64,000 nt of DNA from Hormiphora californensis. Its lineage: Eukaryota; Animalia; Ctenophora. Of the stretch, positions 1-13,896 are shown one piece after another. Positions within the stretch are counted from its first letter, which is position 1. Each line of letters opens with the position of its first letter. A program made the position numbers and the translations under genes. The stretch is from NCBI GenBank assembly GCA_020137815.1, contig CM035350.1, forward strand, positions 8,804,001 through 8,868,000, given 5' to 3'. The notes under the pieces were generated by a model, which saw only the letters and a program-made list of their open reading frames with translations, was not told the origin of the DNA and searched no databases.

Positions 1-232
1 AGTGTTTTAGAACAATAAACGTTGCAAAGCTCATTTCTTCAATCAGTTGCTTTAGCTCATATTTCGTGTGTACAGAGTTGATTTTAACTGATGACGGTAT
101 TTCAGCATCGTTGAAATCTGGACTGCTCCTGCACTTTTTTAAGACATTGCCAGCGACAGAGCTCTCTCCACTTTTGGCCAGCGTCAGAATCCGTCTTACA
201 GCAAAGTCCAATTCTCGTTGTTCGTCTGCCAT
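1..232 (-). CDS. 5' part of an unidentified protein-coding gene running off the left edge
   Basis: ATG at 232-230 opens MADEQRELDFAVRRILTLAKSGESS...ATFIVLKH with no stop before base 1; no family recognised. Confidence 0.4.
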   Translation of the reverse strand, partial: MADEQRELDFAVRRILTLAKSGESSVAGNVLKKCRSSPDFNDAEIPSSVKINSVHTKYELKQLIEEMSFATFIVLKH

Positions 233-360
233 TATCTTACGTTCTGCCCTTTGGGGCCGTTACATCGCCATGTTGCTCAAATTAATTTGTTTAAAGTAGT
301 GTTGAAAAGTTTGAATAAACTAAACGGTACCTGATAGAGAATCGATAGCCCTAACCGATA

Positions 361-542
361 GGTAAGCGGTAAAGGTGCGACGCGCAATTTGCGCCAATTT
401 TCATTTTCTTGAGCTCATTTGAAAGAGCTCAATGTCCTCTTTCCAATGAACCCAAGATGTTGCAAATTGGTCAAGAAATGGCTGAGTTATTGCCAAATAA
501 AATTAAAATTCTCAGGAGACGGGTCAACCTTTACCGCTTACC
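361..542. mobile_element. MITE (Tc1/mariner-type, TA target duplication)
   Basis: TIR GGTAAGCGGTAAAGGT...ACCTTTACCGCTTACC, with TA on both sides. The flanking repeat recurs uninterrupted (inverted) at about 54700-54760. Interior resembles the arms of the 42011-42404 foldback element. Confidence 0.75.
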
Positions 543-1283
543 TAACCGGTAACCCAAAAAAACCCTAACCCGACCCTAACAACAGCCCTAACCCGTCTCG
601 ACCACCAAAATCGATGAATTGTTAGCAATGGCACCCAGATTTTAACGTTTTCCAGATTAAAATCGCGCCCTTCGCTTTCTTAAAAATCGGACGTGCGTGG
701 ACTTTAAATTGCAGCTTCGCGCGGCGCGGCACCCTGTCAAAATGCGCGCGTTCGGGACTGCAGCGCAAGCCAATAAAGTCCGTCTCTTCCTGTATGGCGG
801 CGCCAACTCGGTCTGGGTGGCTTTTTGAGGGAGGGCGCTGTCAGACACTCGAGTACACTTTGCGAGACAAGATCAGGGAGGGCAGAGACAGAGTATCAGA
901 ACTTGCCCCTAAACAACTAGAAGTTTCCAGTTAAGTGCTTTTTTAGTTTGTTCATTGACTATGACATTAATTATAATTAACAATAACTAGGTCGGGGTTT
1001 ATCACGAAAACATAAAACGTAACTTTACACACAATATCCAATTGACATAAAGGGTCACACACTTCTCCAAAATATACACACAATATGAAAAACATAGTGC
1101 TGGTAGACCACGGGTAATACAAAAAGCAGGTCACGAAAACATCATTGTATTTTAAAAAATCTATATTTTCTCTTTATAAAAATTGAGTCCAGTCCCTTTC
1201 TCAGTTGATCAACCTCAGTCTCAGTGAGACTCTCACGACACGAAACCCCCCTCAAATCACTGCAACTCCCAATCAAATCCAAT

Positions 1284-4200
1284 TTACAGGGTCTGCAGGA
1301 GCTCAGGATCAGTTTCATTGCACACAGTGAGGTTGTAGCCTGGTATTCTCTCTTGAGTCTTCCTGATGGCCTCTTTAGCAAGGGGGTGTCCATCCCAGGC
1401 CCTCCTGTTGACACCATTGCTAACGTCCCAGTCCAACATTGACTGGGCCTTCTCTCCTGACTCCTCACTTCCATCAAGCAGCATTCCAAACCCTCCATTC
1501 ATCACCTGGAGAGGGAAATAGTTTAAAGGGGGTTTCTTTCTTTGTCCTAATAGACAACACTTTACCTCACCTCACCCACCCTACACCCCGTTACAACTCA
1601 CCTCACCCCACCCTACACCCCGTTACAACTCACCTCACCCCACCCTACACCCCGTTACAACTCACCTCACCCCACCCTACACCCCGTTACAACTCACCTC
1701 ACCCCACCCTACACCCCGTTACAACTCACCTCACCCCACCCGACACCTCCACCATTGTGAATGCTAACGTATGTAGCCCCTCTGAGGGCTCCACCAATAA
1801 CATTCTGCACCGCCATGTCCGCACACCACATCGAGCCATCTGTTATGTTGGATGTCTCCCTGAAGGGTGAGTCCGTGCCGCTCACGTCGTGGTGATCCCG
1901 AGACAGCACCTATAGGTTAAAGTTTGTGGTGAGTCAATTGACAAAGCCTTGTTCGGCACAAATGTAAAGGAGGGTTAGAGCATAATGAGCCTGACACTGT
2001 GTTCCGTGTGGAGTATATTTTGTACTTACGATTGGTGCTGAAATATGCCCTGAAGCGATGGCCTTGTTGAATGCCAGGGCTATACGAGCTCTCCCGGCTT
2101 GGTTGCTATACAAGATACGGGCCTGTGATCCCACTACCATCTGGTTCTTACCTGCCTCCTCGATCTACATAAAGAGAGCACAGTGCAGGTTATTGACAAT
2201 CATTAAATCTGGTACTACATATCTACCGGTGCGAAATATAATACTATCTGACAGCGCCAACCTAATCTAATAATAATCAGAATAATCATTACCCATCGGA
2301 GGTTATCATTTAGATTTCCAGTTTCCTCAGGAGAGGGATTTTCCGAAAGTTGTTCTCTAATGACTTCGGCTGCTATTTTATCTGACTTCTCAAGATCTAG
2401 TGGATCACCTGAAGAAATTGTGTGATATGACCGTAGTAGATAGATATCCTTTTTTCCATGTCCATATCTCATTTCCAACTTCAAAAAGGACCGTGTTCAA
2501 GATTGAACTTGAGCCCCCTAAAACTGCCATAATTGTACCCACCACTTGTGCACACCCAACGGAATGGCCCAAATCCAAGAGAGAAGACGTCTCCCAGAGT
2601 TAGCTGAATGTAGGTTGGGTAGATAAAAGTACCGTCTTCAAACACCACTTCAGCACCAGCTCGACGTGCCTGCAGCGGAGAAGGGTATATATATGTTTTA
2701 TAAGTCCCTACTACCCTGCTCTTGTTTTGTCCAACAAACACATAAAAACTGTTATCCCCATCATACTGAAGAACAGCCAAGAGATACATTATTTGTACCC
2801 ACTACCCTGATATTACTATACCTCAAGAAGGAAGGCGTTTCCATAGTCCCAGAAATAAGTTCCTGATTCACACATGTAGTTGACTGCTGCCACATGCCGC
2901 CTCAAAGACTCCTGTACTAGCTCCTTGAACCTGGTCGGGTCGTCTATCATCATCTTGTTGCTTTCCTCGTAGGACAACCCAACGGGATAGTAGCCTCCAT
3001 TATATGGGTTGTGGAGGGAAGTCTGATCACTCCCCAACTCGACCAGGTTCTCTCCTGTCTTGCAATAATGTTTCTTGAATGCCTCCCAGAGATCAACCAC
3101 GTTACCATGGTACCTGGTAAAATGGAATTCAGGTAGTTACCATGGTACCTGGTAAAATGGAATTCTGGTAGAAACGTTACCATGGTATAGTACCTGGTAA
3201 CATGGAATTCAGGTAGAAACGTTACCATGGTACCTGGTAACATGGAATTCAGGTAGAAACGTTACCATGGTACCTGGAATTCAGGTCAAATGTTTGAAAA
3301 ACACGGGATCCCAATACAACACCTCGACAAGGAACAATCAATTGTAGGTTGGGTAAATACACAACAAACAGTTACCCGATGCTAAGTACGGCTTTATTGG
3401 ACCGTGCCTCAATCACTGCTTCTATACACTCCTTGACAGTCCCACATGCCTTTTGGATCCACCCCTGGCGATGACGCTTATCCAGAGCTTCCTTTGATAC
3501 CTGGGGTTATTTGATGGTAGATTCGGGTCTGAGTTAACAAGCGAGAACAATACAAGGGTATTCTTTTCAGTTAGACTGACTAAACTGACAAGCAGTAGAC
3601 TGACTAAACTGACAAGTTAAAATATCAGTTATTTCATTTGTACCTCTGCAATTACTCCAATCATTCCAGCGATCACAACAGCTTTCCCCTGTGCTCCACT
3701 CATGCCACCCAGGCCAGCAGTCAAATACACTTTCCCAGCCATACTGCCCTCTCCTAGATACTTCCTGCTTGCATTCATGACAGTGATGGTAGTGCCATGA
3801 ACTATACCCTGGGGACCAATGTAACAGTAGCTACCCGCTGTCATCTGCCCGTACATGGTACACCCCAGTGCAAAGAGCCTGTCATAGGTTGCCTTGTCGC
3901 TGTAGTTAGGGATTACCATTCCGTTAGTTAACACTACCCTGGGAGCACCAGGATGGGAGGGAAACAGACCTGAGTATGAATGTTGGAATCTATTAACATG
4001 GATATTTGATAAAGATTCTACCAGACTCTTCTGACTCGTTCGTCACGTTGCATTTCGTTTCACTTTTGCTTGTCTCAGACACCAAAAAGGGCTATTCTCA
4101 TCAATAAAATGCAACTCAAATCTGTCTCTAGTTCTCATTTCCATCACACATGACCTCCCAGTTACCACTGAACTGTCTCTCGAGCCTTGCCTGGTCTCAT

Positions 4201-7200
4201 TACTAAATTACAGCTGCATTATTGTCCAATATTAGCTCTTCCCCTCACTAAAATGCAACTTAAATCCGCCTCAAATACCAATATTTGAGAACATATGATC
4301 TCTCAGTCACCAGCGAGCAGTCTCCCCGGCAACGCACAGTCCAATAGTTAGTTTAGGGCAGCAATTTTGGCTAAAATCGACCAAAACTTTAGAATTTCGC
4401 ATTTAATTAAATTTGGGAAACTTTGTACTTTGCCATTGCGTGTTTGATAAAGGAGCACTAACAAGTCACATAGCAGAATTCTATTCATTACTCGTTCGTC
4501 ACGTTGCATTTCGTTTCACTTTTGCTTGTCTCAGACACCAAAAAGGGCTATTCTCATCAATAAAATGCAACTCAAATCTGTCTCTAGTTCTCATTTCCAT
4601 CACACATGACCTCCCAGTTACCACTGAACTGTCTCTCGAGCCTTGCCTGGTCTCATTACTAAATTACAGCTGCATTATTGTCCAATATTAGCTCTTCCCC
4701 TCACTAAAATGCAACTTAAATCCGCCTCAAATACCAATATTTGAGAACATATGATCTCTCAGTCACCAGCGAGCAGTCTCCCCGGCAACGCACAGTCCAA
4801 TAGTTAGTTTAGGGCAGCAATTTTGGCTAAAATCGACCAAAACTTTAGAATTTCGCATTTAATTAAATTTGGGAAACTTTGTACTTTGCCATTGCGTGTT
4901 TGATAAAGGAGCACTAACAAGTCACATAGCAGAATTCTATTCATTACTCGTTCGTCACGTTGCATTTCGTTTCACTTTTGCTTGTCTCAGACACCAAAAA
5001 GGGCTATTCTCATCAATAAAATGCAACTCAAATCTGTCTCTAGTTCTCATTTCCATCACACATGACCTCCCAGTTACCACTGAACTGTCTCTCGAGCCTT
5101 GCCTGGTCTCATTACTAAATTACAGCTGCATTATTGTCCAATATTAGCTCTTCCCCTCACTAAAATGCAACTTAAATCCGCCTCAAATACCAATATTTGA
5201 GAACATATGATCTCTCAGTCACCAGCGAGCAGTCTCCCCGGCAACGCACAGTCCAATAGTTAGTTTAGGGCAGCAATTTTGGCTAAAATCGACCAAAACT
5301 TTAGAATTTCGCATTTAATTAAATTTGGGAAACTTTGTACTTTGCCATTGCGTGTTTGATAAAGGAGCACTAACAAGTCACATAGCAGAATTCTATTCAT
5401 TACTCGTTCGTCACGTTGCATTTCGTTTCACTTTTGCTTGTCTCAGACACCAAAAAGGGCTATTCTCATCAATAAAATGCAACTCAAATCTGTCTCTAGT
5501 TCTCATTTCCATCACACATGACCTCCCAGTTACCACTGAACTGTCTCTCGAGCCTTGCCTGGTCTCATTACTAAATTACAGCTGCATTATTGTCCAATAT
5601 TAGCTCTTCCCCTCACTAAAATGCAACTTAAATCCGCCTCAAATACCAATATTTGAGAACATATGATCTCTCAGTCACCAGCGAGCAGTCTCCCCGGCAA
5701 CGCACAGTCCAATAGTTAGTTTAGGGCAGCAATTTTGGCTAAAATCGACCAAAACTTTAGAATTTCGCATTTAATTAAATTTGGGAAACTTTGTACTTTG
5801 CCATTGCGTGTTTGATAAAGGAGCACTAACAAGTCACATAGCAGAATTCTATTCATTACTCGTTCGTCACGTTGCATTTCGTTTCACTTTTGCTTGTCTC
5901 AGACACCAAAAAGGGCTATTCTCATCAATAAAATGCAACTCAAATCTGTCTCTAGTTCTCATTTCCATCACACATGACCTCCCAGTTACCACTGAACTGT
6001 CTCTCGAGCCTTGCCTGGTCTCATTACTAAATTACAGCTGCATTATTGTCCAATATTAGCTCTTCCCCTCACTAAAATGCAACTTAAATCCGCCTCAAAT
6101 ACCAATATTTGAGAACATATGATCTCTCAGTCACCAGCGAGCAGTCTCCCCGGCAACGCACAGTCCAATAGTTAGTTTAGGGCAGCAATTTTGGCTAAAA
6201 TCGACCAAAACTTTAGAATTTCGCATTTAATTAAATTTGGGAAACTTTGTACTTTGCCATTGCGTGTTTGATAAAGGAGCACTAACAAGTCACATAGCAG
6301 AATTCTATTCATTACTCGTTCGTCACGTTGCATTTCGTTTCACTTTTGCTTGTCTCAGACACCAAAAAGGGCTATTCTCATCAATAAAATGCAACTCAAA
6401 TCTGTCTCTAGTTCTCATTTCCATCACACATGACCTCCCAGTTACCACTGAACTGTCTCTCGAGCCTTGCCTGGTCTCATTACTAAATTACAGCTGCATT
6501 ATTGTCCAATATTAGCTCTTCCCCTCACTAAAATGCAACTTAAATCCGCCTCAAATACCAATATTTGAGAACATATGATCTCTCAGTCACCAGCGAGCAG
6601 TCTCCCCGGCAACGCACAGTCCAATACTTAGTTTAGGGCAGCAATTTTGGCTAAAATCGACCAAAACTTTAGAATTTCGCATTTAATTAAATTTGGGAAA
6701 CTTTGTACTTTGCCATTGCGTGTTTGATAAAGGAGCACTAACAAGTCACATAGCAGAATTCTATTCATTACTCGTTCGTCACGTTGCATTTCGTTTCACT
6801 TTTGCTTGTCTCAGACACCAAAAAGGGCTATTCTCATCAATAAAATGCAACTCAAATCTGTCTCTAGTTCTCATTTCCATCACACATGACCTCCCAGTTA
6901 CCACTGAACTGTCTCTCGAGCCTTGCCTGGTCTCATTACTAAATTACAGCTGCATTATTGTCCAATATTAGCTCTTCCCCTCACTAAAATGCAACTTAAA
7001 TCCGCCTCAAATACCAATATTTGAGAACATATGATCTCTCAGTCACCAGCGAGCAGTCTCCCCGGCAACGCACAGTCCAATAGTTAGTTTAGGGCAGCAA
7101 TTTTGGCTAAAATCGACCAAAACTTTAGAATTTCGCATTTAATTAAATTTGGGAAACTTTGTACTTTGCCATTGCGTGTTTGATAAAGGAGCACTAACAA

Positions 7201-10200
7201 GTCACATAGCAGAATTCTATTCATTACTCGTTCGTCACGTTGCATTTCGTTTCACTTTTGCTTGTCTCAGACACCAAAAAGGGCTATTCTCATCAATAAA
7301 ATGCAACTCAAATCTGTCTCTAGTTCTCATTTCCATCACACATGACCTCCCAGTTACCACTGAACTGTCTCTCGAGCCTTGCCTGGTCTCATTACTAAAT
7401 TACAGCTGCATTATTGTCCAATATTAGCTCTTCCCCTCACTAAAATGCAACTTAAATCCGCCTCAAATACCAATATTTGAGAACATATGATCTCTCAGTC
7501 ACCAGCGAGCAGTCTCCCCGGCAACGCACAGTCCAATAGTTAGTTTAGGGCAGCAATTTTGGCTAAAATCGACCAAAACTTTAGAATTTCGCATTTAATT
7601 AAATTTGGGAAACTTTGTACTTTGCCATTGCGTGTTTGATAAAGGAGCACTAACAAGTCACATAGCAGAATTCTATTCATTACTCGTTCGTCACGTTGCA
7701 TTTCGTTTCACTTTTGCTTGTCTCAGACACCAAAAAGGGCTATTCTCATCAATAAAATGCAACTCAAATCTGTCTCTAGTTCTCATTTCCATCACACATG
7801 ACCTCCCAGTTACCACTGAACTGTCTCTCGAGCCTTGCCTGGTCTCATTACTAAATTACAGCTGCATTATTGTCCAATATTAGCTCTTCCCCTCACTAAA
7901 ATGCAACTTAAATCCGCCTCAAATACCAATATTTGAGAACATATGATCTCTCAGTCACCAGCGAGCAGTCTCCCCGGCAACGCACAGTCCAATAGTTAGT
8001 TTAGGGCAGCAATTTTGGCTAAAATCGACCAAAACTTTAGAATTTCGCATTTAATTAAATTTGGGAAACTTTGTACTTTGCCATTGCGTGTTTGATAAAG
8101 GAGCACTAACAAGTCACATAGCAGAATTCTATTCATTACTCGTTCGTCACGTTGCATTTCGTTTCACTTTTGCTTGTCTCAGACACCAAAAAGGGCTATT
8201 CTCATCAATAAAATGCAACTCAAATCTGTCTCTAGTTCTCATTTCCATCACACATGACCTCCCAGTTACCACTGAACTGTCTCTCGAGCCTTGCCTGGTC
8301 TCATTACTAAATTACAGCTGCATTATTGTCCAATATTAGCTCTTCCCCTCACTAAAATGCAACTTAAATCCGCCTCAAATACCAATATTTGAGAACATAT
8401 GATCTCTCAGTCACCAGCGAGCAGTCTCCCCGGCAACGCACAGTCCAATAGTTAGTTTAGGGCAGCAATTTTGGCTAAAATCGACCAAAACTTTAGAATT
8501 TCGCATTTAATTAAATTTGGGAAACTTTGTACTTTGCCATTGCGTGTTTGATAAAGGAGCACTAACAAGTCACATAGCAGAATTCTATTCATTACTCGTT
8601 CGTCACGTTGCATTTCGTTTCACTTTTGCTTGTCTCAGACACCAAAAAGGGCTATTCTCATCAATAAAATGCAACTCAAATCTGTCTCTAGTTCTCATTT
8701 CCATCACACATGACCTCCCAGTTACCACTGAACTGTCTCTCGAGCCTTGCCTGGTCTCATTACTAAATTACAGCTGCATTATTGTCCAATATTAGCTCTT
8801 CCCCTCACTAAAATGCAACTTAAATCCGCCTCAAATACCAATATTTGAGAACATATGATCTCTCAGTCACCAGCGAGCAGTCTCCCCGGCAACGCACAGT
8901 CCAATAGTTAGTTTAGGGCAGCAATTTTGGCTAAAATCGACCAAAACTTTAGAATTTCGCATTTAATTAAATTTGGGAAACTTTGTACTTTGCCATTGCG
9001 TGTTTGATAAAGGAGCACTAACAAGTCACATAGCAGAATTCTATTCATTACTCGTTCGTCACGTTGCATTTCGTTTCACTTTTGCTTGTCTCAGACACCA
9101 AAAAGGGCTATTCTCATCAATAAAATGCAACTCAAATCTGTCTCTAGTTCTCATTTCCATCACACATGACCTCCCAGTTACCACTGAACTGTCTCTCGAG
9201 CCTTGCCTGGTCTCATTACTAAATTACAGCTGCATTATTGTCCAATATTAGCTCTTCCCCTCACTAAAATGCAACTTAAATCCGCCTCAAATACCAATAT
9301 TTGAGAACATATGATCTCTCAGTCACCAGCGAGCAGTCTCCCCGGCAACGCACAGTCCAATAGTTAGTTTAGGGCAGCAATTTTGGCTAAAATCGACCAA
9401 AACTTTAGAATTTCGCATTTAATTAAATTTGGGAAACTTTGTACTTTGCCATTGCGTGTTTGATAAAGGAGCACTAACAAGTCACATAGCAGAATTCTAT
9501 TCATTACTCGTTCGTCACGTTGCATTTCGTTTCACTTTTGCTTGTCTCAGACACCAAAAAGGGCTATTCTCATCAATAAAATGCAACTCAAATCTGTCTC
9601 TAGTTCTCATTTCCATCACACATGACCTCCCAGTTACCACTGAACTGTCTCTCGAGCCTTGCCTGGTCTCATTACTAAATTACAGCTGCATTATTGTCCA
9701 ATATTAGCTCTTCCCCTCACTAAAATGCAACTTAAATCCGCCTCAAATACCAATATTTGAGAACATATGATCTCTCAGTCACCAGCGAGCAGTCTCCCCG
9801 GCAACGCACAGTCCAATAGTTAGTTTAGGGCAGCAATTTTGGCTAAAATCGACCAAAACTTTAGAATTTCGCATTTAATTAAATTTGGGAAACTTTGTAC
9901 TTTGCCATTGCGTGTTTGATAAAGGAGCACTAACAAGTCACATAGCAGAATTCTATTCATTACTCGTTCGTCACGTTGCATTTCGTTTCACTTTTGCTTG
10001 TCTCAGACACCAAAAAGGGCTATTCTCATCAATAAAATGCAACTCAAATCTGTCTCTAGTTCTCATTTCCATCACACATGACCTCCCAGTTACCACTGAA
10101 CTGTCTCTCGAGCCTTGCCTGGTCTCATTACTAAATTACAGCTGCATTATTGTCCAATATTAGCTCTTCCCCTCACTAAAATGCAACTTAAATCCGCCTC

Positions 10201-13200
10201 AAATACCAATATTTGAGAACATATGATCTCTCAGTCACCAGCGAGCAGTCTCCCCGGCAACGCACAGTCCAATAGTTAGTTTAGGGCAGCAATTTTGGCT
10301 AAAATCGACCAAAACTTTAGAATTTCGCATTTAATTAAATTTGGGAAACTTTGTACTTTGCCATTGCGTGTTTGATAAAGGAGCACTAACAAGTCACATA
10401 GCAGAATTCTATTCATTACTCGTTCGTCACGTTGCATTTCGTTTCACTTTTGCTTGTCTCAGACACCAAAAAGGGCTATTCTCATCAATAAAATGCAACT
10501 CAAATCTGTCTCTAGTTCTCATTTCCATCACACATGACCTCCCAGTTACCACTGAACTGTCTCTCGAGCCTTGCCTGGTCTCATTACTAAATTACAGCTG
10601 CATTATTGTCCAATATTAGCTCTTCCCCTCACTAAAATGCAACTTAAATCCGCCTCAAATACCAATATTTGAGAACATATGATCTCTCAGTCACCAGCGA
10701 GCAGTCTCCCCGGCAACGCACAGTCCAATAGTTAGTTTAGGGCAGCAATTTTGGCTAAAATCGACCAAAACTTTAGAATTTCGCATTTAATTAAATTTGG
10801 GAAACTTTGTACTTTGCCATTGCGTGTTTGATAAAGGAGCACTAACAAGTCACATAGCAGAATTCTATTCATTACTCGTTCGTCACGTTGCATTTCGTTT
10901 CACTTTTGCTTGTCTCAGACACCAAAAAGGGCTATTCTCATCAATAAAATGCAACTCAAATCTGTCTCTAGTTCTCATTTCCATCACACATGACCTCCCA
11001 GTTACCACTGAACTGTCTCTCGAGCCTTGCCTGGTCTCATTACTAAATTACAGCTGCATTATTGTCCAATATTAGCTCTTCCCCTCACTAAAATGCAACT
11101 TAAATCCGCCTCAAATACCAATATTTGAGAACATATGATCTCTCAGTCACCAGCGAGCAGTCTCCCCGGCAACGCACAGTCCAATAGTTAGTTTAGGGCA
11201 GCAATTTTGGCTAAAATCGACCAAAACTTTAGAATTTCGCATTTAATTAAATTTGGGAAACTTTGTACTTTGCCATTGCGTGTTTGATAAAGGAGCACTA
11301 ACAAGTCACATAGCAGAATTCTATTCATTACTCGTTCGTCACGTTGCATTTCGTTTCACTTTTGCTTGTCTCAGACACCAAAAAGGGCTATTCTCATCAA
11401 TAAAATGCAACTCAAATCTGTCTCTAGTTCTCATTTCCATCACACATGACCTCCCAGTTACCACTGAACTGTCTCTCGAGCCTTGCCTGGTCTCATTACT
11501 AAATTACAGCTGCATTATTGTCCAATATTAGCTCTTCCCCTCACTAAAATGCAACTTAAATCCGCCTCAAATACCAATATTTGAGAACATATGATCTCTC
11601 AGTCACCAGCGAGCAGTCTCCCCGGCAACGCACAGTCCAATAGTTAGTTTAGGGCAGCAATTTTGGCCTAAAATCGACCAAAACTTTAGGAATTTCGCAT
11701 TTAATTAAATTTGGGAAACTTTGTACTTTGCCATTGCGTGTTTGATAAAGGAGCACTAACAAGTCACAGAGCAGAATTCTACTTCATTACTCGTTCGTCA
11801 CGTTGCATTTCGTTTCACTTTTGCTTGTCTCAGACACCAAAAAGGGCTATTCTCATCAATAAAATGCAACTCAAATCTGTCTCTAGTTCTCATTTCCATC
11901 ACACATGACCTCCCAGTTACCACTGAACTGTCTCTCGAGCCTTGCCTGGTCTCATTACTAAATTACAGCTGCATTATTGTCCAATATTACCCCCCGCCCC
12001 CCCCACCCACCCTCCCCCACCCACCTCTCCCAATATAGCGGACATTGCTAAATACCACACTACAGAGACAATCCTTGTGTTCTGGTGCACTAAGTCGCTT
12101 ATCGCGTGTAACAATTAACAAATGTTCTTATCTGTCCCGTCCTCATTGTCTTCTAGAACATTATACATTCTAGTGGTGTCACAATTTGTCTTACCCCGTA
12201 TTTGTGTTTGATCGTATTCGTTTATCTCTATCTCAACTGAAAATGGACAGTGGACACACCACTCATCTCATCATCAACAACATCACGGTACCAATCATGC
12301 ATCAAAATGCTGTAAGTTCAATCTGTCCGTATTGTCTGTCCATCTATTGTGTACACATTTTAAATGATATTATGTAGCATTGGGTTTGAAAAGTGGATGT
12401 GGCGATTGAGAGATTTGATTTATATTTTTATTTACTGTTTTTTAGCTAGCTATAGCGCCACCAACAGACCCACTCGCAAAGGCAAAACGTTACCTCGATC
12501 CAGACCAACTCCAAGTTACACGCAGAGGCAAAATGTTACCTTGTTCCAAACCAAACTAAACTCAAGACACCCTCAAAGGCAAAACGTTACCTTGTTCCAG
12601 AACAAACTGGGCCCAAGACACTCTCAAAGGCAAAATGTTACCTTGTTCCAGACTAAACCAAACTCAGGACTCTCTCAAAGGCAAAACGTTACCTTGTTCC
12701 AGAACAATCCCAACTCGACAGACTTTATGACTGATGCCATAGGTTCCCCCCATTTCATCAAAATCGAGAAAGGGGGGAGCTTAGCGCCATAGTTACCCAT
12801 ACCCGGGTGGTATGAGGTTTGCTCAGCGTGTGGCTAAGTGACCCAAAAAAAAAAAAAAAAAAAAAAAAAAAACCAGACTCTTCTTCTTCGAGAGTGATTG
12901 AAGGAAGGATACCGGGTCGGTCGCGGTGTACAAACTGTAAACAAAATGGGAAACTTTGCCAGTTGTTGGTATATGATTTAGCAATTCAATAAATTCGTAC
13001 CAGCAGGATGACCCGACATCATGGAGAGAGTCTGTTCCTCTGTCATAGTGCTGAGATAGTGTAGAGTGAGCCTGAACTGTCCCCAGTTGCTAAACACCTG
13101 AAAGAAATTGTGTTATTACATAAATTGTCAGACTTTATCTGATCTCTCCAGACATCTTTAGGATGGCTATCGATAATGATAATGGTATATTAAATGCATA

Positions 13201-13818
13201 TTTTACATTTTATATGAGATACTACGATGACTATCGCGATCGATAATCGGAGGTCTGATGGTCAGAGAAAATGAAAGCTCAAGGGAATTTGGGTTCTGAC
13301 AGGGTTCACATGTTATGGTTGTTGCTGAAATTGTGTACTTTGCGCACACTGCAAGGGCATGGTGCTGCGCGTTACATATTTTACAGAGACGGACTGCGGG
13401 ACTGATTGGTATGGGACCGGAAACTGAGTTTTCTGGATAACTCTGTTTATACAGGTCTTGTGTGACACGTCACCCAGGCCACAATAAACCGAGACAGGAA
13501 TTGTGTGTGTAACAGACGGATAATGTTTCGATATTTAGGGGTTTGGTACTCAACCCAGAGTCCAAAAAAGGAAGATATCTCCCTCCCCTCACCTGCCCAT
13601 TTCCTCCATAAGTAACGAGCTCCTCAGGAAACTGTGCAACTCGTCTGTCCAAGTTGTTCATGATCATGAGTATAACCGCGGCTCCAGCGGTGGTGACACA
13701 ATGGGGAGTGTACTCAGAGATTGGGTAGGCTTTCATTAGCGAGGTGTCCGGCATAAACCTGGGAATGAGTAGTTTGTGAGAGAGAGGGAGATAGAGATAG
13801 AGATAGAGAGAGATAGAT

Positions 13819-13896
<78 letters not shown>

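Larger units (their letters stand above)
4033..12871 (+). mobile_element. Retroposed non-coding insertion (TSD plus poly(A)) in UROC1 intron 4
   Basis: Direct repeat ACCAGACTCTTCT at 4020-4032 and 12872-12884; A28 tract at 12845-12872. Removing the insert leaves a 179-bp intron typical of this locus. Confidence 0.8.

Noticed and set aside
545-600. Telomeric repeat (cctaac)
   Set aside because: Degenerate and part of a dispersed repeat also seen at about 47625 and 54660.
4413-11908. Seventeen repeated ORFs (sixteen of 92 aa, one of 65 aa) as a gene array
   Set aside because: TTG start, no family features; a by-product of the 456-bp repeat.
4034-11989. CRISPR array, 5S/snRNA/SL array or hammerhead retrozyme
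   Set aside because: No unique spacers, no recognisable RNA gene, and no canonical CTGANGA...GAAA core found by eye on either strand. Other ribozyme classes are not excluded.
12364-12792. 142-aa ORF with QRQNVTLFQ repeats as the element's protein
   Set aside because: Open frame explained by the 51-bp (3n) minisatellite; no RT, endonuclease or gag features.
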